A stretch of DNA of 64,000 nucleotides from an uncultured Bacteriovoracaceae bacterium (GCA_964388905.1 CAYMDG010000001.1:7686-71685); one strand, 5' to 3'. Positions 18,453-29,331 are shown, counted from the first letter of the stretch. The notes: generated by a model from the letters alone, not told the origin. Program-made: numbers and translations.

Positions 18453-20822
18453 TCAGGTCCAGTCTCTTCTTGATGATCTTAATAAAGGTTCCCGCTTCAA
18501 ACAGGTATTCATGACAATGTCCATACCCCTTAATGAGGTTAAAACAGGTTTCTCCTTGCCCTTAAAGTGGTCATGTTCAAGGGGCAAGGTATATTCGCCA
18601 CCATCTTGTGCAACTTTACCCTCATGGCTCCTCAACAGCTCGACTACATAGGCTGTGCTCCTGACATTCGCAAGATCAGGATCTTTTCTGATGAGGTCCC
18701 ACCGGTTGAAGCCTTTCTCGATTGCCTGTTTGAGCCAGGCCACGGATTCGTCCGCCCTGTTCTGTATTGCAGACAGGCATGCGAGGTTGTAGTAAATCTC
18801 TGGGTTGGCGGGCTGAAGCTGCTTCATCCTGATCAAGGTATCTGCTGCCCGGGAATATTCCTTCATATCAGAGTAAACGAGCACGAGTCCGTAAAAAGCT
18901 TTGATGGAGTCTTTCTGGAAAGAAATGGCCTTGTTGTACTGCGATATGGCATTCTCATAGTCTCCCTGCTCCCGGTAGATATCGCCCAGTCTCGTAAGCA
19001 TGATCGGGTTTCCGGGTTCTTTCTGGAGTGCGCTCTGAAGAGCGAGAATAAGTTGATCGAATTTCTGTTTTGTGATTTGAGCTTTTTCAAGGGCGCTTCT
19101 TGCTTCGCGAGAATCAGGCCTTTCATTTAAGGCCTGCCTGTAGGATTCAACTGCCCTGGCGACATTGCCTTTCTGGAGATATGCGTTACCGAGGTTGAAG
19201 TACATATTAGCCTGATGAGGATCAATCTGTAATCCTTCCAGGTAGGTTTTGATGGCTTCATTATAATATCCCATTTCCGCCATGATCATCCCAAGCCTGT
19301 TGTGGACGTTCTCTTTCCGGGGATTGACCTTTATACATTCACGATACTTCTCAGCCGCTTCGACTAGGTTGCCCTGTTCTGCCAGGACCCTGCCGAGACA
19401 GTAATAAGAGTTGTCGTAATAGGGGTTGATTCGGATCGCCTTGTGGTATTCTCTGATGGCCCCCTGGGTATCTCCATTGTAATAGAATGAATTTCCGAGA
19501 TTGCTGTGAGCAATTGCGAGCCCGATGTTGTTGAACGCCCCGTTCTTTCCGTCTATCACGGAAACGACGTGCGTAAAGAGGGTTGTACTGTCCTTCCAGT
19601 AACCGACCTGTGTCCACGCGAGGGCAGCAAAAAAAATCGTCACTCCCGTGCCAGCTATGGCAAGTGCCGGGGTTGAATGCCTCCATCGTCTCAAGATGTC
19701 AGGAATACCCCAGGCAAGGGCGATGAATATGCCAATAAAGGTGAGATAACCATACCGATCGGCCATCTCGGGCCATACACCTGACATGAAAATGCCTAGG
19801 AAAGGTGCGAGTCCGCTCAGGAACCACAGCCAGCCAACGATAAAATACGGATAACGGGCAGCAAGCCTCAGGGCAAGTACTGTAAGCACTGTCAATACCA
19901 GCAGCGCGCCTGATGTCTCCCACAAGGGGATCATTGCGGGGTATGGATAGAGTATAGACAGGTTATGAGGCCAGAACAGCATACCCAGGTATTTCACGCT
20001 TGAGACGATGGCGTTGGATATGCGCAGGCCCAGGGATATTGTCTCTGCGCCATAGAGACCCATGCGGCTTTGTGCCCCTACCATGTTGCTCAGAAAGGAC
20101 AGGAAAGCAAGGATCAGAAAGGGGGCCTTCTCAAGCATGACCCGGGAGAGTTGGGCGGTACCGGACGACTTAAGCATCTGCACGTAGCTTCCCTGCGTAT
20201 CCAAATGCATCCTTTTAAGCGGCCAGAGGTCGATGAGCAGCAGTAAGAAAGGCAGCGTCATGAGCGATGGCTTTGCGAGCAGGCCAAGCCAGAACAGAAG
20301 CAGCGCTGTCATGTACCTTTTCCATGTGGGCTGTTCTGTATAGAAGGTGTAAGCCAGAAGGGTGAGCATGAAGAAGAGGCCGCTCAGGACATTATTCAGC
20401 TCTGCAATCCAGGCGACCGACTCTACGTTGGCCGGGTGAAGGGCGAACAGGGCACTCACGAAGGCGCTCTTCCAGAATCCGCCTGTAATCCTGAAGAGCA
20501 GAATAAAGAGCAGAATGCTGTTTAATGCATGGAGTATGAGGTTCAGGACATGGAATGCACCAGGATTCAGCCCGAACAGGGCATGGCAGGCCGTATAACC
20601 GAACCAGGTGAGGGGGGAGCACCAGGACGCCGGACTGAAGGACCATATGAAGTTGCTCCAGGTGAGGCCTGTCAGGACATGTGTCTGCTCGGTCAGCTGC
20701 AGCGGGTCATCAATGTTGACAAAGTCGAAGCCTGCCGCACGGTAGTAGACGAGGATAATAAAGATGACGAGGGAAAGACAGAAAATACTATTTTTGTATT
20801 TCAATAAATGTTTGTTTAACAT
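18453..20822 (-). CDS. TMTC/PMT-like GT-C membrane glycosyltransferase with C-terminal TPR. It carries an unusual ~55-aa extension after the cap.
   Basis: FVNIDDPLQLTEQTHV loop motif, ALFALHPANVESVAWIAELNN, a TPR array, and the cap YYNLACLSAIQNRADESVAWLKQAIEKGF..W.LIRKDPDLANVR. ~70% identical to the 59200..61410 paralog in the N-terminal region. Confidence 0.8.
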   Translation of the reverse strand: MLNKHLLKYKNSIFCLSLVIFIILVYYRAAGFDFVNIDDPLQLTEQTHVLTGLTWSNFIWSFSPASWCSPLTWFGYTACHALFGLNPGAFHVLNLILHALNSILLFILLFRITGGFWKSAFVSALFALHPANVESVAWIAELNNVLSGLFFMLTLLAYTFYTEQPTWKRYMTALLLFWLGLLAKPSLMTLPFLLLLIDLWPLKRMHLDTQGSYVQMLKSSGTAQLSRVMLEKAPFLILAFLSFLSNMVGAQSRMGLYGAETISLGLRISNAIVSSVKYLGMLFWPHNLSILYPYPAMIPLWETSGALLVLTVLTVLALRLAARYPYFIVGWLWFLSGLAPFLGIFMSGVWPEMADRYGYLTFIGIFIALAWGIPDILRRWRHSTPALAIAGTGVTIFFAALAWTQVGYWKDSTTLFTHVVSVIDGKNGAFNNIGLAIAHSNLGNSFYYNGDTQGAIREYHKAIRINPYYDNSYYCLGRVLAEQGNLVEAAEKYRECIKVNPRKENVHNRLGMIMAEMGYYNEAIKTYLEGLQIDPHQANMYFNLGNAYLQKGNVARAVESYRQALNERPDSREARSALEKAQITKQKFDQLILALQSALQKEPGNPIMLTRLGDIYREQGDYENAISQYNKAISFQKDSIKAFYGLVLVYSDMKEYSRAADTLIRMKQLQPANPEIYYNLACLSAIQNRADESVAWLKQAIEKGFNRWDLIRKDPDLANVRSTAYVVELLRSHEGKVAQDGGEYTLPLEHDHFKGKEKPVLTSLRGMDIVMNTCLKREPLLRSSRRDWT

Positions 20823-20903
20823 AGCTAAAGCTCCTTAAAGGCTACGGTCTCCTCACACAGTTGATTTTGCCATTGTCGCGAATGCCCGATGAGCCCTGCA
20901 GCA

Positions 20904-21857
20904 TTACTTGCCCTTCAGGTCCTTATTCGTTTCCATGTCAAACCACATGGCAAACAAGATAAACAGACTTGCAGACATGAAGGAAAACATCGCAGCCAGG
21001 GCGTTGATGGGGGGGATATGACCATAGACGAACCAGAACCAAAACATCCTGATAAAGAGCACTATGGTGATGAGTTTGAACAGTGCCCCAAGGGCATAGA
21101 AGAAGATGAGCGGGTGGAAGTCGCGGATGACATACTTCTCTTTCATCCTCCACAAAAACATCTTCAGCAGCAGCCAGCTGATGGTGAAGATAACCTTGAA
21201 GATGTTGATCTTCGAACGCTCACCCACATTGTACACCGGCTCGATGGGGATATCGGCCACCCGGAAGTTGAAGACGTTCAGCCTCACCAGGAGGTCGTTG
21301 GGCTGCCCGAACCGTTTGTACATCTGGTCCCAGTCCACGAGCTGGAGGGCCTTTTTGTTGATGACCGTATAGCCGGACTGGAAATCGGCCACATGCCAGT
21401 AGCCCGATGCGATCTTGGTCAGCAGGGAAAGAAAGGCATTGCCGAAGTAGCGGACCTTGGGGATCTTCCGGTAGGCCTCGCCGGTGAAGAGCCGGTTGCC
21501 CTTGGAGTAGTCGGCCCTGTCTTCAACGATGGGGTCCAGCAGGGCAGGGAGGTCTGCGGGGTCCATCTGGCCGTCGCCCGCCATGACTGCCGTCGCATCA
21601 TATCCGTTGTCACGCGCCCACTTGTAGCCGGATGCAATGGCGCCGCCCACCCCCTGATTTTCAGCGTGTACGATCAGCTCGATCTTTGAATTGCTCTGCT
21701 TATATCCCCTGGCAATCTCCACGGTGCGGTCCTTGCTGCAGTCATCGATGATAACCATCCTGTCCACAAAGGCAGGCATGGTCTCGATCACATTGCCGAT
21801 CTGTGTTTCTTCATTGTAAGCAGGTATCACGACGCAGATTTTTTTGTCTTTATACAT
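20904..21857 (-). CDS. Dpm1-like GT2 polyprenyl-phosphate sugar synthase with a C-terminal multi-TM domain.
   Basis: KICVVIPAYNEE...VIIDDCSKDRT...AGDGQMDPADL GT-A DxD context, then ~4 TM helices. Adjacent to two GT-C genes. Confidence 0.8.
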   Translation of the reverse strand: MYKDKKICVVIPAYNEETQIGNVIETMPAFVDRMVIIDDCSKDRTVEIARGYKQSNSKIELIVHAENQGVGGAIASGYKWARDNGYDATAVMAGDGQMDPADLPALLDPIVEDRADYSKGNRLFTGEAYRKIPKVRYFGNAFLSLLTKIASGYWHVADFQSGYTVINKKALQLVDWDQMYKRFGQPNDLLVRLNVFNFRVADIPIEPVYNVGERSKINIFKVIFTISWLLLKMFLWRMKEKYVIRDFHPLIFFYALGALFKLITIVLFIRMFWFWFVYGHIPPINALAAMFSFMSASLFILFAMWFDMETNKDLKGK

Positions 21858-22249
21858 GATAACTCCAGAGAATAGGTATTAGGCTCATGGCATTAGGCTC
21901 TAGGTGAAGGGACATTTTTTAACCTGGTTCCTAGAGCCTGTTACCCGGAATCAGGACAGACTCCGTTCCCGGCGGGTGAAAACAGGCGTAATTTCTTAAA
22001 CTCTCCACATCTTGCCAATCGGAGTAATTATCGGGAATCATTAAAGGAGAGTCAAGGATATTGTCCTGACGCCTCCATGTTCAGGTATAGGTAAAAGCAA
22101 AGTGAAATTCTTGTCCCGGTTCCCGTCAGGGGCTATGGTCAATGGTTCGAGCATGCAGGATCAGGGGAAGACGGGAATCCCGAATAGGGCAAGTGAATAT
22201 TTTATCATTGAATATTATGCATCTATAAGGTTAAGCTTGCCCCATTGCC

Positions 22250-24823
22250 ATGGGTTTGAAGAAAGAAAAACACCAGCAGAAGAGCGAAGCCGGAAAGGGC
22301 AGTCTGGACCATCAACCTGCGGGCAAATCCCTTCTTCATTTGAATCCCAGGGGCTGGTTGTTTCTGCTGGGCCTGGCTGCAGCAATCCTGGTCATTGTCA
22401 TTTACATCCGTGTCCTGCATTCTCCGTTCCTGTTTGATGACATCCCGAATATCAGGGACAATGCCTTTATCCGGATTACTCACCTTTCGCCTGGGACACT
22501 CCTCGATGCAGGCCTGAAAAGCATTGCAGCCAACAGGCCTGTGGCAAATATCAGCTTCGCACTCAACTATTATTTCCATGGCTATAATGTTTTGGGTTAC
22601 CATATCGTGAATATCATCGTTCACCTCATGACCGGGCTGTTTCTTTTCCTGCTGCTGAAGGAGACACTTCTGTTGACGAAGAGGAATGACCTTGATCCGC
22701 CGGGATCAGCATCGATCAATGCGTCCGTGCCGGCCTTTGCAGCAGCGCTCATCTGGCTGGTGCACCCGCTGCACACGCAGTCGGTAAGCTATATTGTGCA
22801 GCGCATGACCGGCATGGCGGCCATGTTCTATGTCCTGTCCATGCTCTGCTATGTAAGGGCCCGCCTGGACACAGACAACGCACGCAAATGGATTCTGTTC
22901 GGCGCCGGCATCGTTTCAGGGGTACTTGCCATCGGCTCCAAGGAGATCTCGGTAACACTGCCCTTTTTCATCCTGCTCTATGAGTGGTATTTTTTCCAGG
23001 ATCTGGATACCGTCTGGCTCAAGCGCAGTATCCCTTATCTTGCAGGGATCATAGTCATTGGCGTTGTTCTCGGGCTGATCTTTCTGGGATCGAGCCCCTG
23101 GAGCGTCATAGAGGCCGGGTACAGGACCAGGGAGTTCACCCTTACTCAGAGGGTGCTCACGGAATTCAGGATCGTGATGATGTACCTGGGCCTCATTTTC
23201 CTTCCCTTTCCGGGAAGGCTCAGTCTCGATTATGACTTCCCGCTTTCCTCTTCGCTCATAAGCCCCCCCGCAACACTGATCTCCCTGCTGACGATAATCG
23301 CTCTCATCGGCCTTGCCGTTTTTATCGCGAAGAAAGACAGGGTCGTTTCCTTTGCCATCCTGTGGTTTTTCGGCAACCTCGTTCTGGAGTCTTCCGTCAT
23401 TTCCCTGGAGCTCGTGTATGAGCACCGCACGTACCTGCCGTCCATGTTTGTGATCTTCCTTGCGGTGGTGCTTCTTCACCGGTACCTCAAGGACAGATGG
23501 GTACAGACGGCCGTTTTCTTCAGTATAGTTGCCGTCTTTTCGCTGTGGACCTGGCAGAGGAATCTGGTCTGGCAGGACGAGCTGACGCTCTTCCAGGATT
23601 GCGTGGCCAAAGCGCCGGGCAAGGCCCGGACGCACAACAACTTTTGTCTGGCTTTGCTTGAGCGGGGAAGGGTGGATGAGGCGGTCCTGCAGTGCCGGCA
23701 GGCGGTTGATCTGGCGCCGGATACGCCCGGGGTGCATAACAGCCTGGGAACGGCACTCATGAAAAAGGGCGATCTGGGAGGCGCCATTGCCCAGTTTGAG
23801 AAGGCCATCAGCCTTGACCCGAAAAACCTGCAGTTCACCCTGAACCTGGCAAAGGCCATGGAGAAGAAAGGGCTGTCCGCCGATGCCCTGAAGCATTATG
23901 CCCAGGTGCTGGGCAAAGAACCAACGAATGTCCAGGCACTCAATGGCATGGGCGAAGCGCTGGCGGGCCAGGGGCGGTATGACGATGCAATGAGATACTT
24001 CACTGCCTCGCTGAAGGCTGCTCCGGACTCTGCCGAGACCTTCAACAACATGGGCAATGTCCTGCTCATGCAGGGCAGGATTGAAGATGCCCAGAAGCAC
24101 TACCTTGCCGCCATCCGCATGAACAGCGGCTATAAAGAGGCCTATTACAACCTTGGCATGGCGCTGCTAAATCAGGGAAGGGCCATGGAGGGGATAAAGT
24201 ACCTTGAGAAGGCAGTTGCAGCTTCCCCCTCGTACGAGCAGGCGCGTTCCAGCCTGGCAGCTGCGTATTACCGGTCATTCAACCTGAATGGCTCAATCAG
24301 GCAATTCCAGGAGGTGCTGCGCATCAATCCGGCCAATGCGGATGCTCAGAGGAATCTCAAGGCAAGCCTTGATCTCAGGGCACGCCTCGACCTTGCCATT
24401 GGAGACCTGCGCAGTCAGGTAGAGACGAACCCAGGCAATGCCGAGCTCCATTACAGGCTGGGCGATGTGCTCCAGCGCAGGGGTGACCTTGATTCCGCTG
24501 CCGTGGAACTTCAGAAAGCGCTGTCTATCCGCAGGCTTCCGCAAGCCCTTCACGGCATGGCTGTCATCCATTCACTGAAAGAGGACTACGGGAAGGCCCT
24601 TGATTATCTGGAAGAGATGCGCAGGGCCAGGCCCGATGACCCTGAGGTATACTACAACCTCGCCTGCATCTACTCCAAACAGGGTAACGATGATGATGCG
24701 CTGCGGAACCTTCAGGACGCAGTGAAAAAAGGCTTTAACAAATGGGATGTCCTCAAAACCGACCCGGACCTGTGGAACGTGCGCCGGTCCCAAGGGTATA
24801 ACGAGCTTATTAAAAGGAAATGA
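22250..24823 (+). CDS. TMTC-like (DUF1736-type) GT-C membrane glycosyltransferase with C-terminal TPR and cap.
   Basis: LFDDIPNIRDN..RPVANISFALNYYFHGYNVLGYHIVNIIVHL, which is the TMTC/DUF1736 signature. ~9 TPRs. Cap YYNLACIYSKQGNDDDALRNLQDAVKKGFNKWDVLKTDPDLWNVR. Confidence 0.8.
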   Translation: MGLKKEKHQQKSEAGKGSLDHQPAGKSLLHLNPRGWLFLLGLAAAILVIVIYIRVLHSPFLFDDIPNIRDNAFIRITHLSPGTLLDAGLKSIAANRPVANISFALNYYFHGYNVLGYHIVNIIVHLMTGLFLFLLLKETLLLTKRNDLDPPGSASINASVPAFAAALIWLVHPLHTQSVSYIVQRMTGMAAMFYVLSMLCYVRARLDTDNARKWILFGAGIVSGVLAIGSKEISVTLPFFILLYEWYFFQDLDTVWLKRSIPYLAGIIVIGVVLGLIFLGSSPWSVIEAGYRTREFTLTQRVLTEFRIVMMYLGLIFLPFPGRLSLDYDFPLSSSLISPPATLISLLTIIALIGLAVFIAKKDRVVSFAILWFFGNLVLESSVISLELVYEHRTYLPSMFVIFLAVVLLHRYLKDRWVQTAVFFSIVAVFSLWTWQRNLVWQDELTLFQDCVAKAPGKARTHNNFCLALLERGRVDEAVLQCRQAVDLAPDTPGVHNSLGTALMKKGDLGGAIAQFEKAISLDPKNLQFTLNLAKAMEKKGLSADALKHYAQVLGKEPTNVQALNGMGEALAGQGRYDDAMRYFTASLKAAPDSAETFNNMGNVLLMQGRIEDAQKHYLAAIRMNSGYKEAYYNLGMALLNQGRAMEGIKYLEKAVAASPSYEQARSSLAAAYYRSFNLNGSIRQFQEVLRINPANADAQRNLKASLDLRARLDLAIGDLRSQVETNPGNAELHYRLGDVLQRRGDLDSAAVELQKALSIRRLPQALHGMAVIHSLKEDYGKALDYLEEMRRARPDDPEVYYNLACIYSKQGNDDDALRNLQDAVKKGFNKWDVLKTDPDLWNVRRSQGYNELIKRK

Positions 24824-24923
24824 GAGTTCAGTTTTTCAGGTCTGTATTTGTGGCCACAGGTCTTAAGATTATTCTTGAGAGAAGGCAGTGCCGGGTGATG
24901 CGAGACTGAGACCATCTTAACTG

Positions 24924-27104
24924 ATGAAAATAAATCTATCTCATCGAAAATCGGTCGTCGGGTGGATGCTTCCGCTTGCATCCATACTCTTCCTTGCCGT
25001 TGTGTTCATCCGTTACGCAGAGCCCGTGAAGGACGGTGATATCTGGTTCCACATGGCCTATGGCCGGTACATGCTGGAGAACCACACCCTCGTTCCCGAT
25101 CATGCCATCTACAGCTGGACCCCGGCGGTGAACAGCCAGATCTATTGCGCCTGGTTGCCGGAGATCATTCTTTATCTTCTCTATACCGCAGGCGGGGTGA
25201 GTGCATTCTTTGTTCTCAGGTATGCGTGCATCCTCGTGTTCCTGGGGTTTGCCCTGCATTTCATGAAAAGAAACAATGCATCCCTCAATCCTCTGGCCTG
25301 GTTGACCACCCTGACCGGGGTGCTGATGTGTCAAGCTGCAATGGATATAAAGCCCGAGATCTTTTCCTTTATCTTCATGACAGGAACGGTATGGGCATGG
25401 CTCATGGTGAGGTCCTCGCGGGAAAGTGGATGGAGGTATTGCTACCTTATCCCGCTGATCATGCTTCTGTGGGTGAACAGCCACGGTGGTTTCATATTCG
25501 GCCTGGTCTTTCTTGCGCTGGTTTCAGCGGGAGAAATAGTGAACTGCTCCTTCTCCCCGGAGGAAAGGCTCGATGCAAGGACGCTGCGGCATTTTTTCTT
25601 CTCGATGCTGCTGAGTTTCATCGTGATATTCATCACACCCTACGGGTGGGAATACCCGGCGCAGCTCTTTCATGACCTCCTCCTCAACAGCCAGGCCCAG
25701 GTGAGAGAATTCAGGACCGTCGGTGCGTACCAGTCGATTTTCCACCCTGAGGCAAAGGGGCATCATTTCATTGATTATCTCGTAGTCTCAGGCTCGGCTC
25801 TGGTTTTTCTGTTCTGGTCAGCCATGAAGAAGAAAAGACTGAACTGGTCGCTGATTTTTGCGAATACGGGGATGATATGGCTATACACCCAGTTCATACG
25901 GACCACCTATTTCTGGGGAGTGCTCAGTGTTTTCAGCTCGCTGGCCATCATGGGCCAGGCCGGCATAAGCCTCAGGATGAAAGAGGGGAAGATTCAGAAA
26001 TACCTGGGAATATTTTTCATCATGCTGTGCATGTTCATTTCCGGAAGAGAAGTTTATCAGTCCTTGTGCAAACCGCTTTCCGGGTTCTGGATAAACTACT
26101 ACAGTCCCATTGAGGAAGCCGAGTATATCCGCACCAGGCTGCCGGGATACCGGCTGGGCAATGATTATAACTGCGGGACATATCTGCTCTGGAAGCTGTG
26201 GCCAGAACAGAAGGTCTTCATCGATGCGCGGTATTTTCCCTATAAGAAGTGGTATCATGAGTATGCAAACTTTGTGTACGGCAAGGACCGTCGATACAAA
26301 GATGACTTCCTCGCCAGGTATGGGTGTGATGTCTGGTGTGCCACCTATGATTTTCCCCAGCTTACCTATTTTGTCAAATCCCCGGACTGGCGCCTGGTGC
26401 ATTACGGGCCTTCGGCCTGCATCTTTGTAAGGAATGGGCTGGATGTTCCCCGGGACGGGAAAGGCCTCTTTAAGTCACCCGCCAAGGTAAGAACCCACCA
26501 GGCCCTGAAGATAATCGATTTTTCAATATCTGTGGGGGATCTTGACAATGCGGTATCCCTGGCAGGGGGTCTCAAGAAAAGCCTTATCTGCCCGGGGCTC
26601 AATAAGCAGATCGCCCTGTCATGCATCAAACTCGGTGATGCCCTGAGCAGGAAAAACCGGACCGATGAGTCGATTGCGTTTTTCGAACAGGCCTTAGAGG
26701 TTTTTCCCCTACGCGAAGCAGGTGTTCATAACACCCTTGGCAGCCTGTACCGCAATAAGGGCGAACTTGACAAGGCTTTACAGGAGTACGGGAATGCCTT
26801 GCAGATTCAGCCTGATTACGTGCCGGCTCTGCATAACATGGGGGTTGTTTACTCCCAGAAGGGAGACCTTGACCGTGCCCTGACATACCTGAAGAAGCTC
26901 TCTGAGATCCATCCGGAAAATCCGGACAACTACTATAACATCTCCTGTATATATGCCAGGCAGCGGAAAACAGGCGAATCAGTAGCCTGGCTCGATAGGG
27001 CGGTTAAGAAAGGCTTTCAAAACTGGAAGCTGCTCAAGACTGATCCTGATCTTGATAATATCCGGGGATCCGGGTACTACCAGGGGCTTGTTCAGGGGAA
27101 ATAA
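24924..27104 (+). CDS. Polytopic membrane protein (GT-C/ArnT-like or O-antigen-ligase-like) with C-terminal TPR and cap.
   Basis: ~12 TM helices. Acidic first-loop motif (VKDGDIWFHMAYGRYM) and a WVNSHGGFIFG element. C-terminal TPRs end in YYNISCIYARQRKTGESVAWLDRAVKKGFQNWKLLKTDPDLDNIR. Confidence 0.55.
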   Translation: MKINLSHRKSVVGWMLPLASILFLAVVFIRYAEPVKDGDIWFHMAYGRYMLENHTLVPDHAIYSWTPAVNSQIYCAWLPEIILYLLYTAGGVSAFFVLRYACILVFLGFALHFMKRNNASLNPLAWLTTLTGVLMCQAAMDIKPEIFSFIFMTGTVWAWLMVRSSRESGWRYCYLIPLIMLLWVNSHGGFIFGLVFLALVSAGEIVNCSFSPEERLDARTLRHFFFSMLLSFIVIFITPYGWEYPAQLFHDLLLNSQAQVREFRTVGAYQSIFHPEAKGHHFIDYLVVSGSALVFLFWSAMKKKRLNWSLIFANTGMIWLYTQFIRTTYFWGVLSVFSSLAIMGQAGISLRMKEGKIQKYLGIFFIMLCMFISGREVYQSLCKPLSGFWINYYSPIEEAEYIRTRLPGYRLGNDYNCGTYLLWKLWPEQKVFIDARYFPYKKWYHEYANFVYGKDRRYKDDFLARYGCDVWCATYDFPQLTYFVKSPDWRLVHYGPSACIFVRNGLDVPRDGKGLFKSPAKVRTHQALKIIDFSISVGDLDNAVSLAGGLKKSLICPGLNKQIALSCIKLGDALSRKNRTDESIAFFEQALEVFPLREAGVHNTLGSLYRNKGELDKALQEYGNALQIQPDYVPALHNMGVVYSQKGDLDRALTYLKKLSEIHPENPDNYYNISCIYARQRKTGESVAWLDRAVKKGFQNWKLLKTDPDLDNIRGSGYYQGLVQGK

Positions 27105-27123
27105 TCTTTTCTATGAGTGATCA

Positions 27124-29175
27124 ATGAAAAAGAAACCTGTCTCTCAAAAGACCATGCCCGCAACGGGTGTTGAAGAATATCCCCTCCTGGGCAGTGCACT
27201 TTTATTGGCGGGAATTTCTCTCCCCTACTTATATCTCATATATCATCTGCCGGTTTCCCAGATTGCAGGCTTTCTGACCGGACTTGTTCTGTTCCTGTAT
27301 CTCCCCGGATCATTCGTCCTGGAACTCTTGGAGTGGAAAGACAATCCTGTTTCCCTGGCGGTCCTATCTCTGCTTGCCGGTATGGCCATTTCTCCGATTC
27401 TTTATTACCTTGCGGCAGTAGCAGGCTTGCAGGGCGCCTTTATTCTGCCGATTGCATGCATTTCGCTGTATGTGCTCTATAAAAAGCTGCCTGCGTTGAA
27501 CTACAAAGAGAGCTTGAGGCTGCCCCGCGGATGGTGGAAGGCTGCAGCCGTACTCTTTGCTGTCCTTATGGTCCTTCACCTCAGTCATTTCACCGACCTG
27601 AATCTTGCCAGGGGCGGCGGATATCAGCTCAGGACGACAAACTATACCGAGACCATCTATCATCTCGGGATAATCAATGCGGCCGGGTATGCCGTACCAC
27701 CTTCCTTCCCCTATGCGAGCGGGTACTCATTCTCTGAATATCACATAGATATGCACCTCCTTGCCGTCATCTTCTGCAAGTACCTGGGAATAGATACGAC
27801 CATAATGACGTTCTATTTCCTTCCACTTCTCCTGATGGGCATGATCATAGCAGTGCCGGCGGTTTTCTTTTATGAACTTCATGGAGATATAAATCTTAGC
27901 CTCTTTTTTGGCCTGCTCATGCTTGGGGCGGATCTCTCCTTTGTCCCCGCCCTGTGGGAGGGATGGAATGAAACATACCCCTGGACCCTGACCTTCTGCA
28001 CAACGATATGGAGTCTGTTCACCCTCAACGGGATCATGGCGGCTATTCCTCTCTTCTTTGGCTCCGCATTGGCGTTCCAACGTTTTTTTACCTCTCGGAA
28101 CATAAGGCATCTTATTGTTTTCTCTTTGCTGACGATTGCCTCCTTCCGGGTGAAAAGTTCCATGGGCCTCCAGGTGATAGGGGTGGCGTTCCCGGCTCTG
28201 GCATTCATCGAATGGAAGTATCGTACCGGGATATGGAAGAAGGCCTTGCCGGTTCTGGTGCTTACGGCTGTGCTCATCTGTGCAGATATCTTTCTGAAGT
28301 CGTCCTCGTCCGGCAGCAGCTTTGTCGTGAAATGGGATTTGTTCAACGGACTGATCCAGTCCGCAGGCTACCTGGCTATGGAGCAGTGGCGTAACGCAGC
28401 CCTGGCCCCATTGGAGCACCCTCTCACCTTGCTGCTGGCAGTGGCTTTTTATTTCTTCGGCTTCATGGGTGTCCGTATTGTTTTCCTTAAGTATGGCTAC
28501 AAAGTGCTGAAGCCCGGGGACCGTTCAGCGCCGGTCGTTCCTTTTCTTATTTTATTTATCATCGGAGGAATAGTTCTCTCGGAGATGATCTACCTGGGCG
28601 GGAAGTATGACAGGATAAATAACGCCGTGTGGTTCAGGGTTCAATCCATTCTTGCAGCCACCTATTTTGTGGCGGCTTTCATTTCATCTTTGCATGTCAG
28701 AAGGCATAAGGTTGCAGCTGTGTTCGTTGTTGTATTGCTGACGTTTCCTACCACGATCGATTTCCTCAGATTGAGGTATGACGATACCTATACGGATATT
28801 ACGAAAAACCAGCTCCTTGCCGTTGATTATATTAACAAAACAGTGCCTGGGGATGCTACCATATTGGAATACCCGAACTGGAACGGACCGTCGCTGTCGT
28901 CCAATCTGGCAGGGAGGAGTACAGTTCTCGCCTATTTCAGGACTTTCGTCGGGGCAAGGGTGGAGCCGAAGACCATTGCAGAACGCAACAGTGACATCAA
29001 GGCCTTCTTTATGGTCGATCAGGAGGATAGCCGCAAGATGATTTTAAGGAAATACGGTGTAGGATATCTCGTGCTGCCGGCACAGAAGGCAGGAGTTATA
29101 TCCCATTATCCCTGGGCAGCATTATCATACAGTAATCCGGAAGTGGTGATCTACAAGGTCAGCCTACCCCGGTAA
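27124..29175 (+). CDS. Large polytopic membrane protein of unknown function (possibly a Wzy/GT-C-like glycan-processing enzyme) with a C-terminal soluble domain and no TPR cap.
   Basis: ~16 hydrophobic segments over 683 aa. Tightly linked (19 bp) downstream of 24924..27104. Confidence 0.45.
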   Translation: MKKKPVSQKTMPATGVEEYPLLGSALLLAGISLPYLYLIYHLPVSQIAGFLTGLVLFLYLPGSFVLELLEWKDNPVSLAVLSLLAGMAISPILYYLAAVAGLQGAFILPIACISLYVLYKKLPALNYKESLRLPRGWWKAAAVLFAVLMVLHLSHFTDLNLARGGGYQLRTTNYTETIYHLGIINAAGYAVPPSFPYASGYSFSEYHIDMHLLAVIFCKYLGIDTTIMTFYFLPLLLMGMIIAVPAVFFYELHGDINLSLFFGLLMLGADLSFVPALWEGWNETYPWTLTFCTTIWSLFTLNGIMAAIPLFFGSALAFQRFFTSRNIRHLIVFSLLTIASFRVKSSMGLQVIGVAFPALAFIEWKYRTGIWKKALPVLVLTAVLICADIFLKSSSSGSSFVVKWDLFNGLIQSAGYLAMEQWRNAALAPLEHPLTLLLAVAFYFFGFMGVRIVFLKYGYKVLKPGDRSAPVVPFLILFIIGGIVLSEMIYLGGKYDRINNAVWFRVQSILAATYFVAAFISSLHVRRHKVAAVFVVVLLTFPTTIDFLRLRYDDTYTDITKNQLLAVDYINKTVPGDATILEYPNWNGPSLSSNLAGRSTVLAYFRTFVGARVEPKTIAERNSDIKAFFMVDQEDSRKMILRKYGVGYLVLPAQKAGVISHYPWAALSYSNPEVVIYKVSLPR

Positions 29176-29331
29176 TCAACACAGTCAGGATCAGTGCGAA
29201 GAGAGCAGTAAGGACGACATGCACGGGGGCATTAACAGATGATCGCTGATCTTCCAGGGCCTGTCAGGGGCTGAAAGAGGTTCAGTGGGTAGCCACTCCG
29301 GAAGGTATGCCCAAAGGGGACCACCCGGATA

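Noticed and set aside
22102-22437. 111-aa ORF in the divergent intergenic region upstream of 22250
   Set aside because: It overlaps the start of the TMTC-like gene in another frame, has no RBS, and has low-complexity composition.
22916-24100. 394-aa ORF on the minus strand
   Set aside because: It lies entirely antisense within the well-supported TMTC-like gene 22250..24823. The sequence is Arg/Gly/His-rich and low-complexity with no motifs, so it is likely a GC-driven spurious frame.
25881-26402. 173-aa minus-strand ORF, plus 24936..25484 (-) and 25145..25675 (+)
   Set aside because: These are antisense or alternate-frame reads inside the 24924..27104 membrane-TPR gene. They have no RBS and no conserved motifs.
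27124-29175. Possible exosortase for the PEP-CTERM-like protein
   Set aside because: The protein is far larger (683 aa) than exosortases and lacks their recognisable conserved Cys/Arg/Asn motifs. No exosortase candidate was found in the window.
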